Below the pieces are notes generated by a model that searched no databases, was not told the origin of the DNA, and saw only the letters and a program-made list of their open reading frames with translations. The position numbers were made by a program, and so were the translations under genes. From Verrucomicrobiota bacterium (GTDB lineage: Bacteria; Verrucomicrobiota; Verrucomicrobiia; Opitutales; UBA953), in the NCBI GenBank assembly GCA_015061905.1, contig SUVQ01000008.1:25867-89866 (forward strand): a stretch of DNA of 64,000 bases. The letters run 5' to 3'. Shown here in pieces: positions 8,781 through 19,594 of this stretch (its first letter is position 1; the number at the start of each line of letters is the position of its first letter).

Positions 8781-10013
8781 TCAAAGTTCTTTCATGATTT
8801 CGGCGGGAGCGCGTCCTTGGTCGAGAAGTGTTTTCATGCGACTCATTGTCGGACCGACGTGCGTGAAAAACTTTTTGTAGGCGGCGCAGAAATAGTTGAG
8901 TCCGGGTTCGCCTTCGGGAGAATACAAAAAGCGGTGTTTCGGGCATTCGCCGTGGCAGGCGAAACGCACGCCGCATTTCCGGCAGACGCGGGGAAGCGAG
9001 GAAGCTTTGAGCTCGCCGAATTTTTTTTGCTGCGGGAGAGAGGCGAGTTTGGCGAGGGAATCCGTTTGCACGTTTCCGAGTTTGTATTTCGGGTAAACAA
9101 AGTGGTCGCAGGAAAAAACGTCGCCGTTGTGTTCGAGCGCGAGCGCGCTTCCGCATTTTTCGCGAAAAACGCAGAGCGGCGCGGGAACGCCCGCCCAGGC
9201 GCAAAGCGCGACATCGAAGAGTTGCACAAAGGTTTGCCCGACATCGCGGCGCACCCACACATCGTAAATTTTACAGAGAAAATCGCCGTAATCGTTCGGT
9301 TTGACGGACCACGGCGTAACGAGCGGATCTCCGAGCGTTCCCGTTTCCAAATCCGGCGGTCCGGCAAAGCGCATCGGAGCGTCGGCGGCAGTCGCCGGGC
9401 GTTCTACCAGCGGGATGAATTGAATAAAACCGGAGCCGCTTTCGCGCAAAAATTCGTAGACTTCGAGCGCGTGGCGGACGTTGTGCTCGCCGACGACGGT
9501 GAGCGTGTTGAACTCGACGCCGAATCTTTTGAGTTGTTGCATACCTGCAAAAACAAGGTCGAAGCTCGGCGTTCCCGCCCGCGTAACGCGGCGTGCGTCG
9601 TGCAGTTCGCGCGGACCGTCGATACTGAGCCCGACGAGGAAGCGGTTGTCGGCAAGAAACGCGGCCCAGTCTTCGTTGATGAGCGTGCCGTTGGTCTGGA
9701 ATGCGTTTTCGATTTTTTTCCCGTCGGCGTATTTTTTTTCGAGTTCGAGGACTTTTTTGAAGAAATCTATTCCGAGTAGCGTGGGTTCGCCGCCTTGCCA
9801 AACGAATTGCACCTCGGGAACGTCTTGCGCTCCGATATAATCGCGGATGAAACGTTCGAGCACTTCGTCGCTCATGCGCGGCATTTTCGTTCCCGCGTAA
9901 AGCCCGTGTTTTTCAAGGTAGTAGCAGTAGGTGCAGTTGAGGTTGCACAGCGCGCCGATGGGCTTGGTCATTACGTTAAATGCGCGCGGAGCTTTTGTTT
10001 TTTCGGGCTTCAT
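8781..10013 (-). CDS. Anaerobic sulfatase maturase (radical SAM/SPASM, AslB/AtsB family)
   Basis: KPIGALCNLNCTYCYY, WQGGEPTL, CDHFVY, CHGECPKHR; start set to MKPEK at 10013. Confidence 0.92.
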   Translation of the reverse strand: MKPEKTKAPRAFNVMTKPIGALCNLNCTYCYYLEKHGLYAGTKMPRMSDEVLERFIRDYIGAQDVPEVQFVWQGGEPTLLGIDFFKKVLELEKKYADGKKIENAFQTNGTLINEDWAAFLADNRFLVGLSIDGPRELHDARRVTRAGTPSFDLVFAGMQQLKRFGVEFNTLTVVGEHNVRHALEVYEFLRESGSGFIQFIPLVERPATAADAPMRFAGPPDLETGTLGDPLVTPWSVKPNDYGDFLCKIYDVWVRRDVGQTFVQLFDVALCAWAGVPAPLCVFREKCGSALALEHNGDVFSCDHFVYPKYKLGNVQTDSLAKLASLPQQKKFGELKASSLPRVCRKCGVRFACHGECPKHRFLYSPEGEPGLNYFCAAYKKFFTHVGPTMSRMKTLLDQGRAPAEIMKEL

Positions 10014-10097
10014 GGTTGAAAAGGGAGCAGGAATTTCCGCATTAGTCTGAAATGCGGATTGCGTTCCCGCAAATTGAAATTTGTATTTTCGGGAGAC

Positions 10098-10134
10098 AAA
10101 AAACACGCGCCCCCTGCGGGAACGCGTGTTTTTG
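10098..10134 (-). terminator. Rho-independent terminator of the 10157-11047 gene
   Basis: aaaaaacacgcg...cgcgtgttttt hairpin containing one CGGGAACG. Confidence 0.65.
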
Positions 10135-10156
10135 TTCGCGATAAAAGCGAAGCGGA

Positions 10157-11047
10157 TTATTGTTTGGCTTCTTCGATAACGGCTTTCGCGTCGGCGGCGA
10201 GGGAAGCGTCTTCCGCGGCTTTTTCAGCTTTGAGGAATTCTTCTTCGTTGACCTGCGTGTAAAGCTTGGATTCTTCGACTTCCATAAGGTAGTCGCGAGC
10301 GAGGGAGAAGCCGTAGCGTTTCGTCATTTCTTCGTTGTTTTTGACGAGCACTTCTTCGGCTTTCTTCATATCTTCTTCGATTTTGGCTTTTTGTTCGCCG
10401 GAGGAAGCTTCAGCCGCCTGTTTCATTTGAACGAGCTGGTTGCGTTGCGCCTGAACGAGCTGGACGTTGCGGCGGAAATCGTTGTTCGCTTCAATCGTCG
10501 GGATGACGGCGATGAGGCGGAACTTGTCGTCGCCCTTAACGAGCAGATCTTCCGGCTTGGTTTCCGGATCGTCTTTCGCTTTTTTGTATTCTTCGTCCGT
10601 GAGTTTGATGAAGACGCGGGTTTTGACGATTGCGTGGATGTATTTGCGGTCGAGAGAGTAGCCGTAGCTCTTCGCCATCGTCGTATTGTTTTCACTCAGC
10701 TTCTTGGCGGCATTTTCGATTTCCTTGGCGAGAGCGTCCTGAGCTTCCTTGGTGGAAACGAGCTTGCGGGCTTCGTCGAGAATCGAGATTTGGCGGCGTT
10801 GCTGGTTCACGAGATTAACGTTCTGCATGAACTGGCGGTTGGCGTCGACCGTTCCGATGGTGGAAACGTGGATGAATTTCTGTCCGTTTTGTTCGATAAA
10901 ATCGAGCTTGGAAGTGGTGTTTGACATAGTGTTGTTATTATCGTTTTGGGAAATTTTTTCCGTTTCGGGAGCCGGTGCTTCGTCCGCGGCGAACGCGGAA
11001 ACGACGAAAGAAGCAACGGCGAGGAATGAAAGTAATTTTTTGCTCAT
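10157..11047 (-). CDS. Secreted hypothetical protein with an internal tandem domain duplication
   Basis: Signal peptide MSKKLLSFLAVASFVVSAFA; two similar ~110 aa units each ending YGY/FSLxRxY. Confidence 0.8.
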   Translation of the reverse strand: MSKKLLSFLAVASFVVSAFAADEAPAPETEKISQNDNNNTMSNTTSKLDFIEQNGQKFIHVSTIGTVDANRQFMQNVNLVNQQRRQISILDEARKLVSTKEAQDALAKEIENAAKKLSENNTTMAKSYGYSLDRKYIHAIVKTRVFIKLTDEEYKKAKDDPETKPEDLLVKGDDKFRLIAVIPTIEANNDFRRNVQLVQAQRNQLVQMKQAAEASSGEQKAKIEEDMKKAEEVLVKNNEEMTKRYGFSLARDYLMEVEESKLYTQVNEEEFLKAEKAAEDASLAADAKAVIEEAKQ

Positions 11048-11223
11048 AAAGGTTTCAGATGTTCGAAAGCAAAAATCATGCGTTCCCGAAGCTCAAAAGA
11101 CAAGAGAAATTAAAGCTTTTTGCCGCGCACCGTGCCGCCGAAAAGCGAGTTCTCCGCCGCCGACTCGATTTTTGAATCGCGAAGCGGGGCGGCGCGCTTC
11201 AAACTCTGCAAAACTTTTTTCCT

Positions 11224-12525
11224 ATGGACGTTTTAAGAATCAGAGGCGGGAACGCTTTGCACGGCGAAGTTACGGTCGGCGGGGCAAAAAATGCATGTTT
11301 GCCGCTTTTGGCGGCGACGCTTTTGACGGACAAACCCTGCGTGTTGCGCAACGTTCCCGATTTGAGCGACTCCCGCTTTATGATTGAGATTTTGCGCCAT
11401 CAGGGCGCAACCGTCGAGCCGCTCGGCGGGAACGCTTGGCGGATTACCGCGACGGAGGTTCAGCCGAAAACGCCTTATGAGCTGGTGCGGAAAATGCGCG
11501 CGTCCATTTGCGTCATGGGCGCGCTGGTCGGTCGGCTCAGCCACGCGGAAATTCCGCTCCCCGGCGGTTGCGTCATCGGGCAGCGTCCGATCGACTTGCA
11601 CATTAAGGGGCTGAAAAAACTCGGCTGTTCCATCGAAAACCACGCGGGCATGATGCGCATTGACGCATCGAAGTTGCGCGGTGCTTACGTTTTTCTCGGC
11701 GGTCGCTACGGAAGCACCGTCACGGGAACGGCGAACATTTTGATGGCGGCGGTGCGCGCTCCCGGAATTACGCATATTGACTGTGCCGCGTGCGAGCCGG
11801 AAGTGCAGGACCTTTGCCGAATGCTCGTTAAAATGGGCGCAAAAATTTCCGGAATCGGTTCTCCGATGCTCGAAATCGAAGGTGTGGAAAAACTTCACGG
11901 ATGCGAATATACCGTGATTCCGGACCGCATCGAAGCGGGAACGCATTTGCTTTGCGGCGCGATTACGCGCGGCGATGTTACCGTGCACGGAGCCGTCGCC
12001 GCGCACCTCGGCGCATTTTTGGACAAAATGGACGAAGCGGGAATCCCCTTCGAAACGCTTTCCCCGAGCGATATCCGCGTGCGCGGAGATATGATTAAAA
12101 CCCTTCGCCCGATTGACATTGTTACGCTCCCGCATCCGGGCTTCCCGACGGATTTGCAGGCGCAATTCTCCGCCGTGCTCGCGTTGACGCCGGGGCTCAG
12201 TATTATCACGGAGCGCATTTATCCGAACCGCTTCATGCACGTTCCCGAGCTTTTGCGCATGGGCGCGGATATCGCAATCGAAGGTCCGAGCGCAATCATC
12301 AAAGGCGTTCCCGCGCTGTCGGGTGCGCCGGTAATGGCTTCGGACTTGCGTGCTTCGGCGGCGCTCGTGCTCGCCGGGCTCGCCGCAGAGGGCGAAACGT
12401 GGGTGCAACGCATTTACCACCTCGATCGCGGCTACGAAAAATTCGAAGTGCAGCTCGCGCACTTGGGCGCAGACATCGTGCGACTCAAGCACACCGACAT
12501 GCCTTCGGAGTTTTTGGGCGAATAA
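11224..12525 (+). CDS. murA: UDP-N-acetylglucosamine 1-carboxyvinyltransferase
   Basis: [52 protein letters not shown]. Confidence 0.98.
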   Translation: MDVLRIRGGNALHGEVTVGGAKNACLPLLAATLLTDKPCVLRNVPDLSDSRFMIEILRHQGATVEPLGGNAWRITATEVQPKTPYELVRKMRASICVMGALVGRLSHAEIPLPGGCVIGQRPIDLHIKGLKKLGCSIENHAGMMRIDASKLRGAYVFLGGRYGSTVTGTANILMAAVRAPGITHIDCAACEPEVQDLCRMLVKMGAKISGIGSPMLEIEGVEKLHGCEYTVIPDRIEAGTHLLCGAITRGDVTVHGAVAAHLGAFLDKMDEAGIPFETLSPSDIRVRGDMIKTLRPIDIVTLPHPGFPTDLQAQFSAVLALTPGLSIITERIYPNRFMHVPELLRMGADIAIEGPSAIIKGVPALSGAPVMASDLRASAALVLAGLAAEGETWVQRIYHLDRGYEKFEVQLAHLGADIVRLKHTDMPSEFLGE

Positions 12526-12564
12526 AATTTGCCGCACATCGTTCGAAGTGTTAGCGTTCCCGCC

Positions 12565-13233
12565 ATGGTTTTTTCAAAATTTTTCAAAAAACTTTTCGCG
12601 GGAACGCTGTTCGGATGCGTCGCTGTTTTAGCGGCTTGCCATTTCCTCGGAAGCACGAACGACGTTTCCGATGCAGAAAAAAATATTCGCAAAGAAAATC
12701 AACCAACAATGAACAAAAATATGACGGAAGTTGCAGTAATCAACACAACGGAAGGCGCGATGACGGTCGAATTTTGGCCGGATGTCGCCCCCAAAACGGT
12801 CGAAAACTTCAAAAAACTTGCCCAAAGCGGTTTTTATAACGGCACCTGCTTTCACCGCATTATCAGCGGCTTTATGATTCAGGGCGGCGACCCGAAAACC
12901 AAGGACAAGGCTCTCGAAGCCGAATGGGGAACGGGCGGTCCCGGCTATACGATTAAGGCGGAATTTAACAAAAAACAGCATGTGCGCGGCGTGCTCTCGA
13001 TGGCGCGCGCCATGCATCCGGACAGCGCGGGAAGCCAGTTCTTTATTTGCCACGGCGACGCACGCTTCCTCGACGGGCAATACACGGCGTTCGGAAAAGT
13101 AATCAAGGGCGACGATGTTTTGGAAAAAATCGCCACGACGCCTTGCGTTTCCTCCGGACGCGAAAAAAGCAAGCCGGTCAAACGCATCGAAGTTTTGAGC
13201 GTCGAAATCGTCCCCGCCGATTCCGCAAAATAA
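12565..13233 (+). CDS. Cyclophilin-type peptidyl-prolyl cis-trans isomerase, possibly exported
   Basis: APKTVENF, FHRIISGFMIQGGDP, SMARA, SAGSQFFI, LDGQYTAFG; start uncertain (12565 with lipoprotein-like LAAC, or a later ATG). Confidence 0.92.
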   Translation: MVFSKFFKKLFAGTLFGCVAVLAACHFLGSTNDVSDAEKNIRKENQPTMNKNMTEVAVINTTEGAMTVEFWPDVAPKTVENFKKLAQSGFYNGTCFHRIISGFMIQGGDPKTKDKALEAEWGTGGPGYTIKAEFNKKQHVRGVLSMARAMHPDSAGSQFFICHGDARFLDGQYTAFGKVIKGDDVLEKIATTPCVSSGREKSKPVKRIEVLSVEIVPADSAK

Positions 13234-13341
13234 TCACGCATCTTTCGGGGAAGCCCGCCGCGCTCGGCGTTGCGCCGTTGCTTCCCTTAAAAGTTCTCCG
13301 GTGCTCTTCTGTTCGGAAGAGCACTTTTTTTGCGGCAATCT

Positions 13342-13378
13342 AAAACCGGATTCCCGGCTTTCCGGGTTTTCCGGTTTT
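13342..13378. terminator. Bidirectional terminator-like hairpin between convergent PPIase and mnmA
   Basis: aaaaccgga-tt-cccgg-cttt-ccggg-tt-tccggtttt. Confidence 0.6.
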
Positions 13379-13379
13379 C

Positions 13380-14456
13380 TCACAAATATACGCCGCCGCC
13401 GAGAAGCACGTTCCCGTCGTAGAGCGCGAGAATTTGCCCCGAGGCGATTGCGCGTTGCGTGTGTTTGTAAGCAACATGCGCGCCGCCGTTCCCGTCGGGC
13501 GTGAAAACAATCGGCGTGGAGGCATCGCGGTAGCGCACGCGGGCGAGCAATTCGCATTTTTCCGTAACGGGCTTGTTTACCCACGAAAGATTGTTCACGA
13601 AAGATTCGTCCGTATAAAGCCCGGGAACGCCGGGGTGATCAAACGCGACGACGAGTTCGTTTTCCTCAAAACGTTTCGCAACAACGACGTAGTATTCATT
13701 GTCGGTGTTCGACGGAATGTTGATGCCGCGCCGTTGCCCGATCGTGTAGCGGTGCAAGCCTTTGTGCTCGCCGAGAATTTTTCCTGCGGTGTTGACGATT
13801 TTTCCCGGCTTTTCGGGAATGTATTGTTCGAGAAATTCGTTGATGCGGATTTTTCCGATAAAGCAAATCCCTTGGCTGTCTTTGCGCTTGGCGTTGGGAA
13901 GCCCGGCTTCTTCGGCGATTTTGCGCAATTCCGGTTTCAGCAGATGCCCGACGGGAAAAAGCGCGCGCCGGACTTGCTCCTGTTTGAGCAGGGCAAGAAA
14001 ATAGCTTTGGTCCTTGTTCGGGTCGTTCCCGCAAAGAATATCCGCCGAGCCGTCGGCGTTCCCGCGCCGTTGCGCGTAATGCCCGGTGGCGACAAATTCA
14101 AACCCGTCGGCAAAAGCTTTTCGCGCGAATACGCCGAATTTCATTTCGCGGTTGCAGAGCACGTCCGGATTCGGTGTTACGCCGTTTTTGTATCCGTCCA
14201 CAAGATACGAAACGATGTGTTCGCGGTAATCGTTGATTAAATCGACGACTTTGAACGGAATCTCCAGTTTTTCGGCAACGGCGCGCGCGTTAGCGACATC
14301 GTCTTCCCAGGGACATTCGCCGTAAAATTTTCCGCCTTCTTCGTTCATCCACGTGCGCATGTAGGCGGCGTGAACGTCGTGCCCTTCGCGCTTGAGAAGA
14401 AGTGCGGCGACGGCGCTGTCCACACCTCCGGAAAGAGCTACCAAAACTTTTGCCAT
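13380..14456 (-). CDS. mnmA: tRNA 2-thiouridylase MnmA
   Basis: [45 protein letters not shown]. Confidence 0.97.
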   Translation of the reverse strand: MAKVLVALSGGVDSAVAALLLKREGHDVHAAYMRTWMNEEGGKFYGECPWEDDVANARAVAEKLEIPFKVVDLINDYREHIVSYLVDGYKNGVTPNPDVLCNREMKFGVFARKAFADGFEFVATGHYAQRRGNADGSADILCGNDPNKDQSYFLALLKQEQVRRALFPVGHLLKPELRKIAEEAGLPNAKRKDSQGICFIGKIRINEFLEQYIPEKPGKIVNTAGKILGEHKGLHRYTIGQRRGINIPSNTDNEYYVVVAKRFEENELVVAFDHPGVPGLYTDESFVNNLSWVNKPVTEKCELLARVRYRDASTPIVFTPDGNGGAHVAYKHTQRAIASGQILALYDGNVLLGGGVYL

Positions 14457-14463
14457 AGCGGGA

Positions 14464-14512
14464 AAGATTAAATGCGAACGGTTAAAGGTGAAAGATTAAA
14501 GAACGAAGAACG
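14464..14512. repeat. Degenerate 7-bp tandem repeat (GATTAAA-type)
   Basis: gattaaa...ggttaaa ggtgaaa gattaaa gaacgaa gaacg. Confidence 0.55.
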
Positions 14513-14534
14513 CCGGGCGTTTGTTTCGCTTTTT

Positions 14535-15878
14535 TTAGCCCAGGAAGATTTTCGGGCGCGGCAGAATCGCGTAGAGCGCGCGCACGGCAAGGTAGGCGGC
14601 GGCAAACGCGAACACGGCGGAAACGGGAATTTGCAACTCGAGCGGCACGCCGATTTTAACGGCAAGCACATAGCCCGGACCTACAAAAAAGTAGTGCGCG
14701 AGGTAAACGCCGAAGCCGAGTTTTCCGAGCGTAGCGAGAAAGCCGGAAAAACGCCCGGGCGTAATTTTGATTTTGGAAATCAGCAAAAACAGAGCCGCGC
14801 TCGAGAGCACGACATTAAGAGAGCAATACGTCCAGAAAAGTTCCACCATCGGTTCGGCTTGAAACATTTTGGCGGTGGCGGAAATTTGTTCCGGAGACGT
14901 TCCCGCGAGGGCACGCGCGGCATCGGCGAGAAGGGCGGCGAGGCTTCCGCCGTTTGCAAGCGCGTCAAAAACCGCCGGAGAATCGAGGCTTCCCATGAGG
15001 CGCACCCAGAAAAAGCCGAGATAAGTCAAAAGCGTTCCCGCGGCGAGTAGCGGAAGCCCGACGGCGAGCGCTTTTTTCAGGCTGATGGCGGGAGCCGCCT
15101 GCGCGAGAACGTGCCCGAGGAGCAGGTAGCCGTTAAATCCCGCAAAAGCGTAGAATGTGCCGAAGGCGTTCCACGAGCAGGTGCCGAAAAGGTAGCCGCT
15201 TCCGAAAGGCAGGTGCGGCGTGAGGAAAACATCCGCGTAAGGAATGAGTAGCGTTCCCGCCCAAATGCCGAGAAAAGCCCACTTGGTTTTCATTGAAACT
15301 TTTTCCACCCAAGCGGAGAAAATAGGCAGATAAAGATACAGCCCGATCAGCATGTAAACATACCACATGTGAACGGTAAAATAGTTGAACGAAAACGGCA
15401 CGGTCGCCAGCGTTTCAAGCGCGGCGGAAAGTGTGGTTTCCGGACCGTTCCCGCCGTTCATAAATCCCGCGTAGGGAAAAAACGTAAGGACGAGTTCCTT
15501 CGCCGCTTCGGGTGTTGACGAAATCAATCCCGCAAACCACGGGAACAGCGTATAAACAACGGACCAAATCAGAAACGGAAACAGCACGCGCGGAATGCGT
15601 TTTTTGTAAAAACCTCCGAGAGAAGTTTCGCGAATCGGCAACAAAAGCGCGCCCGTAATCATTACGAAAAGCGGAACGCTCGGACGTAGCATGGAGCCCC
15701 AAAACGCGCCCCAGCGCAGAAATTCCGGATTGCTCGTCGACTCCGGACTGCAGTTGAACGGATCGCAGGCGTGGCAGGCGATGACAAGAAACATCGCAAT
15801 CCAGCGGGCACAATCAATCCACGCCAAGCGGGAACGGCTTTCCGCGAGCGGAAAAAGTTTATCGGTTTCTGAAAGCAT
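14535..15878 (-). CDS. Acyltransferase family 3 membrane protein
   Basis: WIDCARWIAMFLVIACH, VPLFVMITG, HMWYVYMLIGLY, FGVYLAH; many TM segments. Confidence 0.88.
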   Translation of the reverse strand: MLSETDKLFPLAESRSRLAWIDCARWIAMFLVIACHACDPFNCSPESTSNPEFLRWGAFWGSMLRPSVPLFVMITGALLLPIRETSLGGFYKKRIPRVLFPFLIWSVVYTLFPWFAGLISSTPEAAKELVLTFFPYAGFMNGGNGPETTLSAALETLATVPFSFNYFTVHMWYVYMLIGLYLYLPIFSAWVEKVSMKTKWAFLGIWAGTLLIPYADVFLTPHLPFGSGYLFGTCSWNAFGTFYAFAGFNGYLLLGHVLAQAAPAISLKKALAVGLPLLAAGTLLTYLGFFWVRLMGSLDSPAVFDALANGGSLAALLADAARALAGTSPEQISATAKMFQAEPMVELFWTYCSLNVVLSSAALFLLISKIKITPGRFSGFLATLGKLGFGVYLAHYFFVGPGYVLAVKIGVPLELQIPVSAVFAFAAAYLAVRALYAILPRPKIFLG

Positions 15879-15881
15879 GTT

Positions 15882-16718
15882 TTAGTCCAGAGTTTCGGCT
15901 TGTTGCAAGGCTTCGGCGGACATTCCGAGGCGCGTGTAACAAAAGTTTCTCATGTCGTCGGGAAGAGGGGCGAAAAAAGTGCGTTGGAATTCCGGGCTTT
16001 TAAAAATGAGGCGCGCGGCATGCAAGGCTTGGCGCGGGAGCGCGAGTTCGGCATCGTGGCGCGCGGTCCAGCCTTTTTCGCAAAAATCCAGGTAAAGGCG
16101 TTCGTTGTGCCCGTAAAGTTTGTCTCCGACAACGCAGTGCCCGATGTGCTGCGCGTGGGCGCGGATTTGATGTTTTCTTCCCGTGTGAAGCTCTACGCGC
16201 GCGAGTGTGTATCCGTTTCCGCGATACAGCGGTTCGAAAAATGTAACGGCGGTTTGTGCGTCCGGACCTTCGCCCACGCATTGTTTGACGAGAACGGGGC
16301 TTGCGGTGTCCGGGCGCAGCGGCGCATCGACGAGTTGCGGCTCGCTCATTTCTCCTTCAAGAATGGCGAGATAGGTTTTGGAAACCCAGCGTCGTTCGAC
16401 GGCTTTTTGGCTTTTGCTTGCGGCTTCGCGGTTGAGCGCGATGAGAATGATTCCGCTGGTCTCGCGATCAAGGCGCGAAACAAGGTGCATGGTTTCTCCG
16501 CCGCGCCACTCGCGCACGGCTCCGACGAGGCTCGACCACGGTCCGTTTTTTGACGGATGGCAAACGACCCAGCCCGGTTTGTTAAACGCGAGGAAATCCG
16601 CGTCTTCCTCAATAATCCATGTCGGCAATTCTTCCGGCTTTATCAGCGGCGCGTTTTTTGCCTGCGCTCCCGGCGGCGGGAACGCGCAACAATCGGGATT
16701 GCGTTTCGGAGAAAACAT
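15882..16718 (-). CDS. RluA family RNA pseudouridine synthase
   Basis: NKPGW, VSRLDRETSG, TGRKHQIR, VGDKLYG, QALHA. Confidence 0.93.
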   Translation of the reverse strand: MFSPKRNPDCCAFPPPGAQAKNAPLIKPEELPTWIIEEDADFLAFNKPGWVVCHPSKNGPWSSLVGAVREWRGGETMHLVSRLDRETSGIILIALNREAASKSQKAVERRWVSKTYLAILEGEMSEPQLVDAPLRPDTASPVLVKQCVGEGPDAQTAVTFFEPLYRGNGYTLARVELHTGRKHQIRAHAQHIGHCVVGDKLYGHNERLYLDFCEKGWTARHDAELALPRQALHAARLIFKSPEFQRTFFAPLPDDMRNFCYTRLGMSAEALQQAETLD

Positions 16719-16804
16719 TTTGAGAAAAAGAAACCGGAAAAGATGAATCGGAAAACGGTGTTCCCGGGTTTCTTTTTTCCGGCTTTCGGCTTAACGCCGG
16801 CGGG

Positions 16805-17914
16805 TTAATTCACCTTGCGGCAAAGATAAATCGCGTAGGCGAACATGAGCAAATTCGGAGCCCAAGCGGCGACAACCGGCGGCAACCATTGGCTCGCTCC
16901 GAGCATGTTAAAAATATTGGTCAGCAAATAATACGCGGCAAAAAGTCCGATGGATTTGGAAACCCCGACCATCGGATTGACGCGCACTCCGGCGACGGCA
17001 AACGGGATCGCAATCCCGACGACGATAAGGCAACAAAACGGGCTCGCCAAAACCGAGTTGTAGTAAACTTCGTATTCGGAAATGCGCGGATTGCTTTGCG
17101 CGTCGGTTTCGTTGAGAATTTGGCGGATTTCGGGAAGCGAAAGGTCGCTCGTCTTGCGTCCGATGAGTGCCATGAGCGAAGGATTTTCCGAAAATTCGGA
17201 TTCTTTGCGCTCGGAAAACTTCGGTTGACGCAGGAGTTGCCCGTTTTCGTAAAAAAGTTCCTTGCCGTTTTTCAGCGTCCACGTGCGTGTGGCTTCGTCA
17301 AACGAGGCGGTTTCGGAAACGAGCGCGTGAGAGATGCGCCCGCGCTCGTCGTAAGTGTAAACATTCATCCCGTAGGCTTTGTGCGTGTAGGGATTGTAGT
17401 TGGCGATATACCAGTTGCGGCGCGCGGAAGCGTTGTTGAAAAAAAGCGTTTCCCCGCGAACGCTGGCGCGGTTGAAGTCGCCTTTGCTTTCGCGGTATTT
17501 GAGTTCGCCTTCGGAAAGAATCGTCGCGGCGCGTTCCGTGGCGTAGGGCACGAGAGAGGCGTTTAGCGCAAGCATCAGAAAGGAGAGCGCGGCACCGGCA
17601 ATCCAAAGGGCGCGCGTGATGCGGAAAATCCCGAGCCCGGCGGCGCGCATCGCCGTCAGTTCCTGGTTTTTGTGTAAATGCCCGAGGGCAAACAAAAGGG
17701 AAACGAGAAGCGAAACCGGAATGACGATCGGCAGGAAGCCCATCGCAATCATCGCGAAAAACTCGACGGATTCCGCCGTGGACACGCCCCAAGTCAACAA
17801 ATCCTCAAGGTTGTTGTAAATTGCGGAAATGAGCAACATGCCAATCATCGCAATGAGTGCCATTGCAAAAATTTTCAGCCACTCCCAAAGAATATGTCGG
17901 TCGATTAGAGGCAT
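16805..17914 (-). CDS. LptF/LptG family LPS export permease
   Basis: Three N-terminal TMs, ELTAMRAAGLG, periplasmic beta domain, C-terminal AAWAPN. Confidence 0.9.
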   Translation of the reverse strand: MPLIDRHILWEWLKIFAMALIAMIGMLLISAIYNNLEDLLTWGVSTAESVEFFAMIAMGFLPIVIPVSLLVSLLFALGHLHKNQELTAMRAAGLGIFRITRALWIAGAALSFLMLALNASLVPYATERAATILSEGELKYRESKGDFNRASVRGETLFFNNASARRNWYIANYNPYTHKAYGMNVYTYDERGRISHALVSETASFDEATRTWTLKNGKELFYENGQLLRQPKFSERKESEFSENPSLMALIGRKTSDLSLPEIRQILNETDAQSNPRISEYEVYYNSVLASPFCCLIVVGIAIPFAVAGVRVNPMVGVSKSIGLFAAYYLLTNIFNMLGASQWLPPVVAAWAPNLLMFAYAIYLCRKVN

Positions 17915-18083
17915 TCCGAAATGATGAATAACACCGGCATATTTAGAAAGATTTTTTTTGCGGAAAAATTCACGCGCGGCGCGAAAAGCATTAAAAAATG
18001 CGTTCCCGCCGGAAATTTTCCGCGTTCCCGAACGTCTGTGCCAAAACGGGCGAACGGCTCGAACTTTTTTGCTCGCGCCGCAA

Positions 18084-19433
18084 TCAGAACGGAAACTTGC
18101 CGCCCATGCCGGGAAGTTTGCCGCCGAGACCGCGCATGAGCGCCTTCATTTTGCCGCCTTTGAGCATTTTCATCATCTGGCGCATTTGTGAAAATTGCTT
18201 AAGAAGCGCGTTCACGTCCGAAACCTTCGTTCCCGAGCCTTTCGCGATGCGCGCGCGGCGGGAGCCGTTCAGGATTTCCGGACGGGCGCGTTCTTTTTTC
18301 GTCATGGACTGAATTATCGCTTCGGTGCGTTTCAGCTTCTTTTCTTCTTTTTCTCCGACTTGGAGCCCGCTCATGCCCGGCATCATTTTCATGATGCTGC
18401 CGAGCGGCCCCATTTTTTTCATTTGCTGAAGTTGGGCGAGAAAATCTTCGAGGTCGAAATCCGCCTTCTTCATTTTCTCGGCAAGGCGCTCGGCTTCTTT
18501 TTGGTCGATGGTTTCCTGGGCTTTTTCGACGAGTGAAACGACGTCGCCCATGCCGAGAATGCGTTGCGCCATGCGGTCCGGATGGAAAGGCGAAAAATCT
18601 TCGAGCTTTTCGCCCGTGCCCATGAACTTAATCGGCACGCCCGTAATCGTTTTCATCGAGAGCGCCGCGCCGCCGCGCGCGTCGCCGTCGAGCTTCGTGA
18701 GCACGATGCCGGTGAGGTTGACGGCTTCATGAAAATGCTTGGCGACATTCACGGCTTCTTGCCCGAGCGCAGAGTCGGCAACGAGCAAAACTTCGTCCGG
18801 CTGAATGCGTTCCCGCAGGCGTTTGATTTCCTCGATTAAATTTTCGTCGATTTGGAGCCGCCCGGCGGTATCGAAAATAATCAGGTCGGCGGAGTTGTTG
18901 ACGGCTTCGCGTAAAAATTTTTCGCCGATGGCGGGAACGTCTTTCGAATCGCGGTCGCAGTAAAACGGCGTTCCCGTGGCGGCGGCGAGCGTTTCAAGCT
19001 GGTCGATGGCGGCAGGGCGGTAAACGTCGCAGGCAACGAGCGCGGGGCGGTAGTTGCCGTGAGAGCGCAGGTAGCGCGCAAGCTTTCCGGCGGAAGTCGT
19101 TTTCCCGCTCCCGTGAAGCCCGACGAGCATGACTTTGAGCGGGCGAACCTGTGAAAACTGCGTGGAATTTTCGCCGAGAAGCTTGACCAATTCGTCGTGA
19201 ATGATTTTCACCGCCATTTGCCCCGGCGCGACTCCGGCGAGAACGTTTTGCCCGAGGCAGGTTTCTTTGACGCGGTCGCAAAATTCGCGCGCAACGCGGA
19301 AATGCACATCGGCGGAGAGAAGCGCGGTGCGCACGTCGGCGAGAGCATCGGCGATATTCGATTCGGAAATTTTGCCGAGTCCGCGCAGATTGCGCAGGGC
19401 GTTAGTCATGCGATCGGTCAGATTTTCAAACAT
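18084..19433 (-). CDS. ffh: Signal recognition particle protein Ffh
   Basis: MFENLTDRM start at 19433; [31 protein letters not shown]. Confidence 0.98.
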   Translation of the reverse strand: MFENLTDRMTNALRNLRGLGKISESNIADALADVRTALLSADVHFRVAREFCDRVKETCLGQNVLAGVAPGQMAVKIIHDELVKLLGENSTQFSQVRPLKVMLVGLHGSGKTTSAGKLARYLRSHGNYRPALVACDVYRPAAIDQLETLAAATGTPFYCDRDSKDVPAIGEKFLREAVNNSADLIIFDTAGRLQIDENLIEEIKRLRERIQPDEVLLVADSALGQEAVNVAKHFHEAVNLTGIVLTKLDGDARGGAALSMKTITGVPIKFMGTGEKLEDFSPFHPDRMAQRILGMGDVVSLVEKAQETIDQKEAERLAEKMKKADFDLEDFLAQLQQMKKMGPLGSIMKMMPGMSGLQVGEKEEKKLKRTEAIIQSMTKKERARPEILNGSRRARIAKGSGTKVSDVNALLKQFSQMRQMMKMLKGGKMKALMRGLGGKLPGMGGKFPF

Positions 19434-19594
19434 GAGCGCAAATAAAACAGATTTCCGCCTCTTCCCGCAACTCACTATTGGCGAGTATTTTTCGCGTCGC
19501 GTCTCCGCGTTCCCGCGAAACAAATCTCATCTGTGTCGCTCTCAAAAAAAATCGTGGCGTTTTGCGGAATTTTTTTTGTATCGTAGCGGCGTTT

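Noticed and set aside
8545-10013. Rubredoxin plus sulfatase maturase as a functional unit
   Set aside because: The genes are convergent and no sulfatase is nearby; there is no evidence of linkage.
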